Below the pieces are notes generated by a model. The model was not told where the DNA came from. It worked only from the letters and a program-made list of their open reading frames with translations, and did no database searches. A stretch of DNA of 64,000 nucleotides from Candidatus Lustribacter sp. (GTDB lineage Bacteria; Vulcanimicrobiota; Vulcanimicrobiia; Vulcanimicrobiales; Vulcanimicrobiaceae). Both the position numbers and the translations under genes were made by a program. Positions 19,075-28,519 of the stretch are shown here, in pieces. How positions within the stretch are numbered: the first letter of the stretch is position 1; each line of letters begins with the position of its first letter. The DNA lies in the NCBI GenBank assembly GCA_965277805.1, contig OZ255842.1, positions 320,001 through 384,000 on the forward strand, in the 5' to 3' direction.

Positions 19075-19952
19075 CCGCGATCAACCTCGAACCGCTGGTG
19101 ACGCCGGTGCGCACGCGCGGGCACGCGGCCCGCTTGCATCTGTGGGAGCGCGCGGCGATCGGTGCCGTGGCGCTGTTGCTCGGCTTCTTCGTGTTCATAC
19201 CGCTGTGCTCGATCGTGTACGAAGCACTGCGCGCCGGTTTGCCGATGGCGGCGGCGACCTTCGCGGACCCGTACGCGCAGTCGGCGATCTGGCTCTCGGC
19301 GATTACCGCGGTGGTCACGATCGCGTGCAACGGTGCGTTCGGCATCCTCGCGGGCTGGACGCTCACCAAGTACTCGTTTCCCGGCAAAGCGCTGCTGCTC
19401 GCGATCATCGACTTGCCGTTGACGATCTCGCCGGTCGTCGCCGGGCTCGCGCTGCTGCTGGTGTTCGGGACGCGCTGGCCGGTCGGTGCGTGGTTCGAGG
19501 CGCACGGTATGCAGATCGCCTTCGCGCCGCCCGGGATTATCCTCGCGACGATCTTCGTCACGTTCCCGTACGTCGCGCGCGAAACGATCGCGCTGATGAG
19601 CGAGACGGGCCGCGAACTCGAGGAGGCGGCCCTTGGCCTCGGCGCAACGCTCTGGCAAACGTTCGCGCGCGTCACGTTCCCGCGGGCGCGTTGGGCCATC
19701 CTCAACGGCGTGCTGCTCTGCAACGCGCGGGCGCTCGGTGAGTTCGGCGCCGTCTCGGTCATCTCGGGCAACATCCGCGGCTTGACCAATACCGTCCCGT
19801 TGCACATCGACGTGCTCTACAATAGCTACAACCTCGTCGGCGCGTTCACATTGGCCGGCGCGCTGGCGCTCGTGACGATCACCCTCACCTTCATCCGTAC
19901 CACCATCGACGCCCGCATGCATCAGCGGACCAACATAGAAACGAGAAACTGA
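19071..19952 (+). CDS. cysW: Sulfate ABC permease
   Basis: DLPLTISPVVAG, LCNARALGEFGAVSV. Confidence 0.9.
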   Translation: MTAINLEPLVTPVRTRGHAARLHLWERAAIGAVALLLGFFVFIPLCSIVYEALRAGLPMAAATFADPYAQSAIWLSAITAVVTIACNGAFGILAGWTLTKYSFPGKALLLAIIDLPLTISPVVAGLALLLVFGTRWPVGAWFEAHGMQIAFAPPGIILATIFVTFPYVARETIALMSETGRELEEAALGLGATLWQTFARVTFPRARWAILNGVLLCNARALGEFGAVSVISGNIRGLTNTVPLHIDVLYNSYNLVGAFTLAGALALVTITLTFIRTTIDARMHQRTNIETRN

Positions 19953-19954
19953 CC

Positions 19955-20749
19955 GTGGATTCCCTCGATCGGCTGGAAGCCGAAACCATCACGATCTTGC
20001 GCGAGGCCTACCGGGCCAGCAGTAAGCCCTGCATGCTGTGGTCGATCGGCAAAGATTCGACCGCGCTCTTGTGGATGGCGCGCAAAGCCTTCCTGGGCCG
20101 CGTTCCGTTTCCGATGGTCTTGCTCGAAACGTTCATGGAATTGCCCGAGGTGTACGAATTCCGCGATCGTCTGATCGACGAGTGGCAACTCGAGTACTTC
20201 GCGCAGATCTGTCCGCCGGAGAGCGAAGTCGATCAGACGCTGCCGCCGGCAACGCGCGCCGCCGCACGCAAGACCGAAGGCCTGCGCACGATGCTGCGCG
20301 AGCAGAAGTTCGACGCCGTGATGGTCGGCATCCGGCGTGACGAGCAGGCGATGCGCGCGAAGGAACGCGTGTTTAGCCCGCGCCGCATCGACGGCACGTG
20401 GGACGTGAAAGAGCAGCCCCCGGAGTTCTGGGGCTACTACACGACCAGCGTGCCGGACGGCGCGCACCTGCGCGTGCATCCGCTCCTGTCGTGGACCGAA
20501 CTCGACATTTGGGAGTATACGCTGCGCGAGAACATCCCGTACGTCCCGCTCTACCTCGCGCGCGACGGCAAACGCTATCGCTCGCTGGGCGAGAAGAACA
20601 TCACCGTGCCGATCGACAGCAACGCATCGACGATCGAAGAGATCATCGCCGAGCTGCGAGCGACGCGCGTGCCCGAACGGGCCGGCCGCACGATGGATAA
20701 CGAGAGCGAAGCCTCGTTCGAACGCCTGCGCGCGGGAGGGTACATGTAA
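19955..20749 (+). CDS. cysD: Sulfate adenylyltransferase subunit 2
   Basis: [29 protein letters not shown]. Confidence 0.93.
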   Translation: MDSLDRLEAETITILREAYRASSKPCMLWSIGKDSTALLWMARKAFLGRVPFPMVLLETFMELPEVYEFRDRLIDEWQLEYFAQICPPESEVDQTLPPATRAAARKTEGLRTMLREQKFDAVMVGIRRDEQAMRAKERVFSPRRIDGTWDVKEQPPEFWGYYTTSVPDGAHLRVHPLLSWTELDIWEYTLRENIPYVPLYLARDGKRYRSLGEKNITVPIDSNASTIEEIIAELRATRVPERAGRTMDNESEASFERLRAGGYM

Positions 20750-22587
20750 TGGACCTGCGCGTAGCGATTACCGGTCACGTCGACCATGGCAAGTCCACGC
20801 TCATCGGGCGTCTGCTCTACGATACCGGCAGCTTGGCCGACGGCAAGGCCGAAGAAATCATCGCTTCGAGCGAACGCCGCGGCCTCGCGGTCGAGTGGTC
20901 GTTCGCGGTCGATGCGGCGCAAGAAGAGCGCGATCAAGCGATCACGATCGAAACGACCCGCGTTTGGATGCACTACGGCGGGCGGCGCATCGTGATCATC
21001 GATACGCCCGGCCATCGCGAGTTCATCCGTAACATGATGAGCGGCGCGGCCGACGCCGACGCCGGCATCCTCGTGATCGATGCGCTGGAAGGGATCGCCG
21101 ATCAAACCTATCGTCATGCTTACCTGCTGCGTTTGCTCGACGTACCGGAGATCATCGTCGCGGTCAACAAGATCGACGCGGTCGAAAATCCGGCCGAGCG
21201 TTTCGCGCAGATCAGCCGCGACATCCGCTCGGTGCTCGAGACCGCGGGCAAACCGTTGCGCGCGATCGTGCCGCTCTCGGCCCGCGACGGCGACAACGTC
21301 GTCAATCGTTCGGAGCGTACCGCATGGTACACCGGCCCGACCCTCATCGACGTTCTCGTCTCGCTGCATCCGGTCGCGCCGCTGGCCGACCGCCCGCTGC
21401 GCTTCGAAGTGGCCGACGTCTACCGGTTTAGCGACGAAGAGCGCATCTCGGTCGGCAACGTGGTAGCCGGCACGATCGCGCCCGGCGATCGCGTGCGCAT
21501 CGCGCCCAGCGGCGCAACCACGCGCGTGCGCGGCATCAAGCGTTGGCCCGACGATCCCTCGCCCGCGCTCGCGGGCCAAGCCGTCGGCCTCACCTTCGAT
21601 GATCCCGTGTTCATCGATCGCGGCGACATCGTCACTCACGCCGACCGTCCGCCGCTCGTCGCGACCACGTCGTTCGACGGCGTCTTCTTCTGGCTTTCGG
21701 AGGCGCCGCCGCGGGTCGGCGAGACGCTGTCGATCAAGATCGGCCGCGCTGAAGTTGCGGTGACGATCATCGGCATCGACGAGACGATCGATCTAGGCAT
21801 TCTCGACAAAGTTCAGCCCGATGAATCATCCAAGCATTCGGCGTTCGCCCTGCGCCTGCGCGCGGCGCGCACGGTTGCGGCCGAACCGGGCGCGCGCTGT
21901 GTGCTGCTGCGCACGGGCGAAGTCGTCGGCGGGGGCAAGCTTTCCACCGTCGAGCCGGTCAGCTCGCAGCGATCGGATAACCTCGTACCGCAAGGCCATC
22001 TGATCTCGCGCGAAACGCGCGCGCATCGCAACGGCTATCGCGGTTTGGTCGCCTGGCTCACCGGTTTGCCGGGCAGCGGCAAGTCGACGATTGCGATGGC
22101 GGTCGAACGCGAGCTGTTTGCGCGCGGCTATTTCGTCTACGTGCTTGACGGCGACAACGTGCGGACCGGGCTCAATCGCGATCTCGGTTTCACGCGCGAA
22201 GGACGTCAGGAAAACATCCGGCGCATCGGCGAGGTGGCGGCGCTGTTCGCCGACGCCGGCGCGATCGTCATCACCGGCACGATCTCGCCGCACGCAGCCG
22301 ATCGTGCCGCCGCGCGCGCGGCGGCGCCCGGCTCGTTTCACGAGATCTACGTGCGCGCGAGCGTCGATACGTGCGCGACCCGCGACGTGAAGGGTCACTA
22401 CGCGAAAGCGCGCGCCGGCGAGCTGCCCGACTTCACCGGCGTTTCAGCGCCCTACGAAGAGCCCGAGCACCCCGACTTGCTGGTGGACACTAACGCCTCA
22501 ACGATCGAAGCCAGCGTGTCCTCCGTGGTCGAGTACCTGATCCGCGCCGCCACCGCTCCCGAGGTACTCCTCAGCTACTCGATTTAA
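20749..22587 (+). CDS. cysNC: Bifunctional sulfate adenylyltransferase subunit 1 / APS kinase
   Basis: [18 protein letters not shown] GTPase motifs, then [10 protein letters not shown] and LDGDNVR APS kinase motifs. Confidence 0.93.
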   Translation: MDLRVAITGHVDHGKSTLIGRLLYDTGSLADGKAEEIIASSERRGLAVEWSFAVDAAQEERDQAITIETTRVWMHYGGRRIVIIDTPGHREFIRNMMSGAADADAGILVIDALEGIADQTYRHAYLLRLLDVPEIIVAVNKIDAVENPAERFAQISRDIRSVLETAGKPLRAIVPLSARDGDNVVNRSERTAWYTGPTLIDVLVSLHPVAPLADRPLRFEVADVYRFSDEERISVGNVVAGTIAPGDRVRIAPSGATTRVRGIKRWPDDPSPALAGQAVGLTFDDPVFIDRGDIVTHADRPPLVATTSFDGVFFWLSEAPPRVGETLSIKIGRAEVAVTIIGIDETIDLGILDKVQPDESSKHSAFALRLRAARTVAAEPGARCVLLRTGEVVGGGKLSTVEPVSSQRSDNLVPQGHLISRETRAHRNGYRGLVAWLTGLPGSGKSTIAMAVERELFARGYFVYVLDGDNVRTGLNRDLGFTREGRQENIRRIGEVAALFADAGAIVITGTISPHAADRAAARAAAPGSFHEIYVRASVDTCATRDVKGHYAKARAGELPDFTGVSAPYEEPEHPDLLVDTNASTIEASVSSVVEYLIRAATAPEVLLSYSI

Positions 22588-22763
22588 TGCTTGTGGAAAA
22601 CGTCTTCGGCCCGGGCGACGCCTGAGCCGACGGCGGTCTCCGTGCGGTTGACGAGGTTCATGATCCAGCGCACCGTGGCGATCACCCCGATCACGGCGAA
22701 CGCGAAGATCACGAAAAACACCCACAGCGCGAAGTGGATCAGGTGGCCGAGGAACACTTCCAT
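22584..22763 (-). CDS. 59-aa membrane protein missed by the ORF track ([33 protein letters not shown]...)
   Basis: SD GGAG, typical codon usage, one TM helix; stop overlaps the cysNC stop. Confidence 0.7.
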   Translation of the reverse strand: MEVFLGHLIHFALWVFFVIFAFAVIGVIATVRWIMNLVNRTETAVGSGVARAEDVFHKH

Positions 22764-22822
22764 GGCAGCTCCGTTGCGGTGGCAAAAAACGGAACCCTGC
22801 GCGGCGGGTCGAACCTTCGGGT

Positions 22823-23032
22823 ATGCCAGTGAGCGCTCTGAGCTCCCAGCCGCCGTTCCTGAATCCGCCGCCGCTGCCGTTCAGCGCCGAGAACAATCAG
22901 CCCGCGCCCAAGGCACCTCCGGGCAGCGAAGGGCATCAGGGCGGCGACGTCACGAGCCAGCTCGTGAAGGGCAACCCGGGTGGCGTCGGCGCCGGCTTCG
23001 GCCTCGGCATCGCACTGGACGCGAGCACCTAG
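22823..23032 (+). CDS. Small Pro-rich hypothetical protein ending GIALDAST
   Basis: Typical codon usage; 2 nt from the next small ORF. Confidence 0.55.
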   Translation: MPVSALSSQPPFLNPPPLPFSAENNQPAPKAPPGSEGHQGGDVTSQLVKGNPGGVGAGFGLGIALDAST

Positions 23033-23034
23033 CG

Positions 23035-23235
23035 ATGGTCCAAAACCTCGTCCTCAACAATTCGGACTTCAACTTCAGCGCCAAGTCCGACCAGATCCGG
23101 CAGAACTTCGATCAAACGAAGGTCGTGCCGACGCCGGGCACCGATGCCGCGCAGGTCGCGCAGCTGCGCGCGCAACTCGAGTCGGGCGCGCTCACGCAAC
23201 ACGGCAGCGGGATCAACGCCGAGTTTTCGGCCTAA
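23035..23235 (+). CDS. Small hypothetical protein (66 aa) ending GINAEFSA
   Basis: ATG 23035, strong C-ending codon bias (MVQNLVLNNSDFNF...). Confidence 0.65.
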   Translation: MVQNLVLNNSDFNFSAKSDQIRQNFDQTKVVPTPGTDAAQVAQLRAQLESGALTQHGSGINAEFSA

Positions 23236-24013
23236 CCGGATTCGCCGGTCGCGAGGCGTCATAGGCCTCTTTTAACGCTGAGAGCACGAGCGGGATGATC
23301 GTGCGGCGCAGGACGTTCGTCTTCTCGTCGTCGCCGCGAAAGGCGTCGGCGGCATGCCGCGCCGCGCCTGCGAACGTTCCTTTGGCGATCATCACGCCCG
23401 CGAGCGGATCGGCGACCGCGGAAAGCGCCACCGGCGGTGCGCCGTCGAGCACGTAGGCGACCGTCGCCGTGCCGATGCGGTGCACGCCCGAGAGCACGAG
23501 CGCGACGAACACGCGCAGTTCGAACGTGGCCACGCCGTCGCGGCGGCGAATGCGCCGGTCGGCAAACGCGACCTTCGGCAGTTCGGCCTTCAGCGTGACC
23601 GCGAGCGGGATCTCGTTGGGCGGCAGCTCGCGCGTGGTGAGCGTATCGAGCCCGGCGACGCGCGTCGCGCCCATGCCGGCGATGATGACCTGCGCGCCGA
23701 GTGCGCCGAGCCGGAAGCGCGCGGCATCGGGTCCGAACGGCGTATCGCCGAGCGCGCTGCGAATGAGGGGCTCTTGCGCGACGCGTTCGATATCCGCGAA
23801 TGCGCCGATCTGCAGCCCGTGACGGTCGCTTTGGATCTCGCGAAAATCGGGCACGTCGGCGACGTCGACGATGAAGCCGTCGCCTTCGCCGGGATACTCG
23901 AGGCCGAGAAAACCGCTCTTGCCGGCGCGCCACCGGATGCGTCCGCGATGCACGAACGCGAGGCCGAGGGCTTCGCGCAAATGACGCGGACGAGCAACGT
24001 TCGTCGCTTCCAT
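23213..24013 (-). CDS. Divergent CoxM/XdhA-like FAD-binding-fold protein
   Basis: RPRHLREAL N-terminus and GLQIGA motif resemble the molybdopterin dehydrogenase FAD subunit. Confidence 0.5.
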   Translation of the reverse strand: MEATNVARPRHLREALGLAFVHRGRIRWRAGKSGFLGLEYPGEGDGFIVDVADVPDFREIQSDRHGLQIGAFADIERVAQEPLIRSALGDTPFGPDAARFRLGALGAQVIIAGMGATRVAGLDTLTTRELPPNEIPLAVTLKAELPKVAFADRRIRRRDGVATFELRVFVALVLSGVHRIGTATVAYVLDGAPPVALSAVADPLAGVMIAKGTFAGAARHAADAFRGDDEKTNVLRRTIIPLVLSALKEAYDASRPANPVRPKTRR

Positions 24014-24099
24014 TGCCGCTTGTGTTCCACGCGAGGCATGCGCTGACCCAGTACGCGCGCCGAAAGGTACGAAGCGACGCGGCAGCGGACCTCATCGGT

Positions 24100-25095
24100 G
24101 TGAGCGGAAGCGAGGCGACGGTGGCCGGCGCGAGCGGTCTCGGCGACGGTATTGCGCAGATACGCTTGCCGATGGCGGGCAATCCGTTGCGTTACATCAA
24201 CGGGTACGTGCTCGAGGATGAGGGCGGCCTGACCCTCGTCGATTGCGGTTGGAAAGCGGACGACGTCCTCGCTGCGCTGCACGCGGGCTTGAACGAATTG
24301 GGCTACGAACTCGCGGGCGTGCGCCGGATCGTGATCACGCACCATCACTTCGATCACTACGGACTCGCGGCAACGCTGCGCCGCGCCGGCGTGCCCGAAC
24401 TGCTGATGCACGAGCGCGATTGGGAGATCGCGAAGTATTTCGAGGCAACGCACCACGAGGACGATCGGGCCAGCAACGAGTGGCTCGAGCGCAACGGCTT
24501 CGTGCCCGGCGACTTCGGCGACCAGGGGTTCGCGGGCCGCTGGGAGATCATGGAGCCGACGCAGCTCGTCGCCGACGGCGACCGGGTGGGCCGGCTCGAG
24601 GCGGTTTGGACGCCGGGACATTCGCCCGGCCATCTGTGCCTGGCCGATACGCGCAGCGGCCGGCTGTTGACCGGCGATCACGTGCTCGATCCGATCACCC
24701 CGCACGTCGGTCTCTGGCGCGGACGCGACGCCGATCCGATGGGCGACTACCTCGCCTCGCTGGAAAAGGTGCGCGGACGCGGTCCGGCCGGCGCTCTGCC
24801 GGCGCACGGCGAGCCGTTTGCGGACCTCGACCGGCGCGTCGGGGAGCTGATCGCGCACACGCTCGCGCGCGAAGCGCAGGTCCTTGAGGTGCTGGCAGCC
24901 GCCCCGGCCAGCGCGGGCGACATCGCCCGGCGGTTGCCGTGGACGCGCCGCAATCGCACGTTCGAGAGCCTCGGCCCGTGGCACCAGCAATTTGCGGTCT
25001 CCGAGACGATCGCGCACCTGCAGCACCTGTTTGTAAACGGGCGTATCTCGCGAGTTTCCGGCCCGGACCCGATTCGTTACATTCAAGCCGCATGA
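24100..25095 (+). CDS. MBL-fold metallo-hydrolase; start uncertain
   Basis: THHHFDHYG, TPGHSPGH, TGDH, LPAHG. Confidence 0.88.
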   Translation: MSGSEATVAGASGLGDGIAQIRLPMAGNPLRYINGYVLEDEGGLTLVDCGWKADDVLAALHAGLNELGYELAGVRRIVITHHHFDHYGLAATLRRAGVPELLMHERDWEIAKYFEATHHEDDRASNEWLERNGFVPGDFGDQGFAGRWEIMEPTQLVADGDRVGRLEAVWTPGHSPGHLCLADTRSGRLLTGDHVLDPITPHVGLWRGRDADPMGDYLASLEKVRGRGPAGALPAHGEPFADLDRRVGELIAHTLAREAQVLEVLAAAPASAGDIARRLPWTRRNRTFESLGPWHQQFAVSETIAHLQHLFVNGRISRVSGPDPIRYIQAA

Positions 25096-25171
25096 AGGCC
25101 GGAGGAGCGGCAAACCACGCGACTAATGCGACGGCGTTAATGGTTGCTTACATGGTGCCGCCGTGGACGTA

Positions 25172-26218
25172 ATGACCATCCTCGTTCTCGAAGAGACCGA
25201 GGCGGATTTGGGCCACCATCAGCGGATTCTCGAGACGATCCCCGGCGTCCGGTTGGGACTCTTCGCCGACCCGGCAGCCGCCCAGAAAATTTATATCGAC
25301 CAGAAAATCGACGTGCTGGTCGTCGACGACGGGATCGCGGAGGGCGGCCTCGCCTTCCTAAAACAGGTGCATCTGCTTTCGGGCCGCCGCGACGTGCCGG
25401 TGATCTTGCTGGCCGCCAACGGCGACAAAGACGTGCGGCGCGCGGCCTACGAGTACGGCGTGTACAACGTGATCGAAAAACCGATCGATCCGGCTTCGTA
25501 CCTCTGCATCGCCCGCAACGCGCTCTCCATGCAAGTCATGCGCCGCAACGATGCCAACAACACGACCGCCGTGGTCGAGCAGATGAAGACGGTCGTCGCG
25601 CAGGTCGAAGAGCGCGAGATCCAGCTGATCTACGGCCTGCTGCACACGGCCAACATGGTCGATCCCGCGCTTTCGCGCCGGATGGTAAAGGTCGCCGGCA
25701 TCGCCGCGAAGATCGCCCACCGCGCGAGCGCCATCGGGCACGACGAGGCCCGCCGCTTCGGCATCGCGGCGCGGATCTACGACATCGGCATGCTCGCGCT
25801 GCCGGGTCCCGTGCGCGAGCGCCGCACCGAACTCGCGCCGGCGGATGCCGCGCGGCTTCTCGCCCCGCACGTCGAACGTTCGGGTGAAGTGTTTGCCAAA
25901 GAGAAGACCGGCATCGTCGAGCTCGCCGCGATCATCGCGCGCCAGCATCACGAGCGCTTCGACGGCCGCGGTTATCCCGACGGCCTCGAAAAGCACGCGA
26001 TTTCGATCTACGCCCAACTGGTGCTCGTCGCGGAAACGTTCAACGACGCGGTGACGACCGGGCCGCCGGGATCGAGCCGCACGACGCCGCTCTCCGAAGT
26101 TCAGGCGATGGCGTATATCGATCGGCAATCCGGCACGGCGTTCGATCCCGAAGTCGTCGAAGGATTGCGGCTGATGTTGCAGTCGCCGCTCGATCCGCTG
26201 CTGTCGGCAAAAGTGTAG
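25172..26218 (+). CDS. Response regulator with REC and degenerate HD-GYP domains
   Basis: REC with KP; HHERFDGRGYP retained but the HD motif reads YDIGM. Confidence 0.85.
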   Translation: MTILVLEETEADLGHHQRILETIPGVRLGLFADPAAAQKIYIDQKIDVLVVDDGIAEGGLAFLKQVHLLSGRRDVPVILLAANGDKDVRRAAYEYGVYNVIEKPIDPASYLCIARNALSMQVMRRNDANNTTAVVEQMKTVVAQVEEREIQLIYGLLHTANMVDPALSRRMVKVAGIAAKIAHRASAIGHDEARRFGIAARIYDIGMLALPGPVRERRTELAPADAARLLAPHVERSGEVFAKEKTGIVELAAIIARQHHERFDGRGYPDGLEKHAISIYAQLVLVAETFNDAVTTGPPGSSRTTPLSEVQAMAYIDRQSGTAFDPEVVEGLRLMLQSPLDPLLSAKV

Positions 26219-26679
26219 TGACTCCCCTCATCGCCACCATCGCGCTCGCCGCGTTGCTGCTGATGATCGGTATCGAGCTTGCGATCATGCGCAGCCGCAA
26301 GCGTCCGCAGCGGCGTTACGCGCACCGGCACGCGCGCCGTCAGCCGCTGCTCGAGGACCGTATGCGCGGCGCGCTCGACGAACCGCAGGCCCAGTACGGC
26401 GAGGTCTTCACCAGCTACATGATCTGGAAGCGCGATCAAGAGACGCGCATGGAGCTGTTTACCGGCGACCCCTGGATGCAGCTCAACGAGTTCACGCGTT
26501 CGATCGTCGTCCGTCACATCTGGCGCGCGCTCGAGAAACTCGCCAAGGGTTCGGTCGTCGTCATCGATCAGCCGCCGCAAGAGTGGTCGGCGCAAATCGA
26601 TCAAGCCTTTGACGATCGCGGAATCGACCCATGGGGCGAGAAAATCCCGCCCGGCCCCCAATACGCGAAGGAACGCTAG
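26218..26679 (+). CDS. Hypothetical membrane-anchored protein
   Basis: N-terminal TM helix; coupled to the upstream gene. Confidence 0.65.
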   Translation: MTPLIATIALAALLLMIGIELAIMRSRKRPQRRYAHRHARRQPLLEDRMRGALDEPQAQYGEVFTSYMIWKRDQETRMELFTGDPWMQLNEFTRSIVVRHIWRALEKLAKGSVVVIDQPPQEWSAQIDQAFDDRGIDPWGEKIPPGPQYAKER

Positions 26680-26689
26680 CTGCGCACCG

Positions 26690-26717
26690 CTGTCATCCCG
26701 AGCTTGTCGAGGGACAG
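26690..26717. repeat. Short copy of a REP-like palindromic element
   Basis: CTGTCATCCCGAGCTTGTCGAGGGAC is identical to 43871-43896. Confidence 0.8.
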
Positions 26718-27722
26718 CTACCAGCCTAGCGCTTCCGGCACGAACAGTTCGTCGAGGCTGACGATGCGTTTGGCGAGGCCCTGTTCGTAGTCGTAGCGCG
26801 CGATCGTTTCCAATTCGGCGCGTGATGAGATCACACCGTACGGCATCGGGTCCTTCGCGAGCGCGGCGCTATCGAGCAAACCGGCGGCCAGAAAAGGTTC
26901 GACGTTGCCGTCGCGCTCGGCGTAGATCGAAGCCTTCGCTTTGACGAACGCATCGTAGAGGCTCTTCGCGACCCACGGTTCGCGCTCGTAGAGCGAGCGG
27001 CGCATCACGACCGTATGATTGATCGGGAACATGCCGGTTTTCGCGTAGTAGCGCTTGGCTTCGCTGACCGGGTCGGGAAAGAGCGGCACGATGTCGTTGC
27101 GGCCTTCGAGCTCGACCGAGCTGCGGTCGACGAGATTGCCGTCCGTGATGTAGAGGACGGTGGCGTCGAGCTCGCCCTTGATCATCATCTCGCCCATGTT
27201 GGTCGTGGGCGGAATGTAGTGGAACTCGACGCCGGGCGGTGCGGAGAAACCGGTCGAACCGCCGTGGCTCTTCTCCGGCGTGCGCTCCATGTACCACACG
27301 TTGTCTTTCGGCTGCACGCCGAACTCATCGGCGAAGATTCCGCGGCTCCACACGGCCCAGGTTTGTTGGTACTCCGGAACGCCGATGCGTATGCCGCGTA
27401 AGTCGCTCGGCTTCGTGATGTTCAGGCTCTTGCGCACGAGTACCGAGGTGTGGAAGAAGTGGCGCGCCGTGAAAACCGGAATCGCGACCCACTCCGTCGG
27501 CGCGATCGAGGTCGCGATGCAGAGCGACGACACCGACATCTCCGAGACGTCGAACTCGGAGAACTTGAGCTGGCGCCAGAACAGTTCCGAGGCGTGAACG
27601 GTGCTCGGCAGCAGGCGCAAGCCGTCGGCTTGGATCTCGCCGGAGAGCATCGGCGCCGTGCGCTGGTTGTGCATTAGCGCCATGCTCAGCTCGAGCGGTT
27701 TGGTTTCGGTTGCAGCACTCAT
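26718..27722 (-). CDS. 4,5-dihydroxyphthalate decarboxylase-like / SBP-fold protein
   Basis: ELFWRQLKFSEFDVSEMS, GVPEYQQT, WSRGI, FPINHTVV. Confidence 0.75.
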   Translation of the reverse strand: MSAATETKPLELSMALMHNQRTAPMLSGEIQADGLRLLPSTVHASELFWRQLKFSEFDVSEMSVSSLCIATSIAPTEWVAIPVFTARHFFHTSVLVRKSLNITKPSDLRGIRIGVPEYQQTWAVWSRGIFADEFGVQPKDNVWYMERTPEKSHGGSTGFSAPPGVEFHYIPPTTNMGEMMIKGELDATVLYITDGNLVDRSSVELEGRNDIVPLFPDPVSEAKRYYAKTGMFPINHTVVMRRSLYEREPWVAKSLYDAFVKAKASIYAERDGNVEPFLAAGLLDSAALAKDPMPYGVISSRAELETIARYDYEQGLAKRIVSLDELFVPEALGW

Positions 27723-27838
27723 TCGGATGTCACCTCGCGGGGTGGATTGCCCGAAGCCGGCGTCCGTACCTTTGCGACAATGAGGCCGTACGTCTTCGCC
27801 ACGCTCGTTGCGCAGCGAAGACGACGGCACGTTGGATG

Positions 27839-28096
27839 CTAAGCGCGGGCGCGGGTTAACGCACGACCGATGAACAGCAGAATGACCGCGCCGACGAAGG
27901 CGACGAAAATGCTGTAGAGATTGAGTCCGTCGACCGCGGAATGGCCGAGCATGTTGAAGACCCAACCGCCGATGAAGGCGCCGATAATTCCGATGATAAG
28001 ATCACCTAAAACGCCGCCCGGACCTTCGCCGGGAACGACGTACTTCGCGAGAAATCCGGCGATGATGCCGACGATCAACCAACCGATGATGCTCAT
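27839..28096 (-). CDS. GlsB/YeaQ/YmgE stress-response membrane protein
   Basis: MSIIGWLIVGIIAGFLAK...GIIGAFIGG pattern. Confidence 0.9.
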   Translation of the reverse strand: MSIIGWLIVGIIAGFLAKYVVPGEGPGGVLGDLIIGIIGAFIGGWVFNMLGHSAVDGLNLYSIFVAFVGAVILLFIGRALTRARA

Positions 28097-28308
28097 ATGT
28101 GTATGCCTCGATGAGAGCGATGCGCGGTAAAGGCACCGCACGACTCTCTGTTTACCCGGTCTCCATTTGAGCTAATCCCAAATGTGAAATAATAAATAAT
28201 AAAAATTAGCGAGGTGTACGGCATAGCGCAATCGATTCGCGGAGCCGCCGCGTTATGGGTATAACGACCTCGGTCGTCGCTCACATTCACTTAAGGAAGG
28301 CAGCTAGA

Positions 28309-28515
28309 TTGGCAGATTCAGAACGCAGCGCCGTATCGCATACGATCGCTAAATCGCTTTTACGGCGCTTGGAACGCATCGCATACAAGCATCGCGTGAG
28401 TCGAAGCGCGATCGTCGAATATGCCGTCACACTGCTCTTCAGCACATATCCGAGCGACGTTGCGCTCGGTGAATTCCTCATTGCGAGAGGGGCGGGCCGA
28501 AGGCGCACGACCTAA
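28309..28515 (+). CDS. Probable ribbon-helix-helix (CopG-like) DNA-binding protein
   Basis: SD AAGGAAGG with TTG start; strand VSHTI, helix LLRRLERIA, turn-helix VSRSAIVEYAV. Confidence 0.6.
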   Translation: MADSERSAVSHTIAKSLLRRLERIAYKHRVSRSAIVEYAVTLLFSTYPSDVALGEFLIARGAGRRRTT

Positions 28516-28519
28516 GCAG

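Noticed and set aside
22785-22822. Alternative-sigma promoter (GGAACC...GTCGAA) before the microproteins
   Set aside because: Spacing fits neither sigma28 nor ECF consensus well enough to call.
28190-28300. Possible named riboswitch upstream of the RHH gene
   Set aside because: I could not match c-di-GMP, SAM, TPP or other consensus by eye; kept only as a weak structural note.
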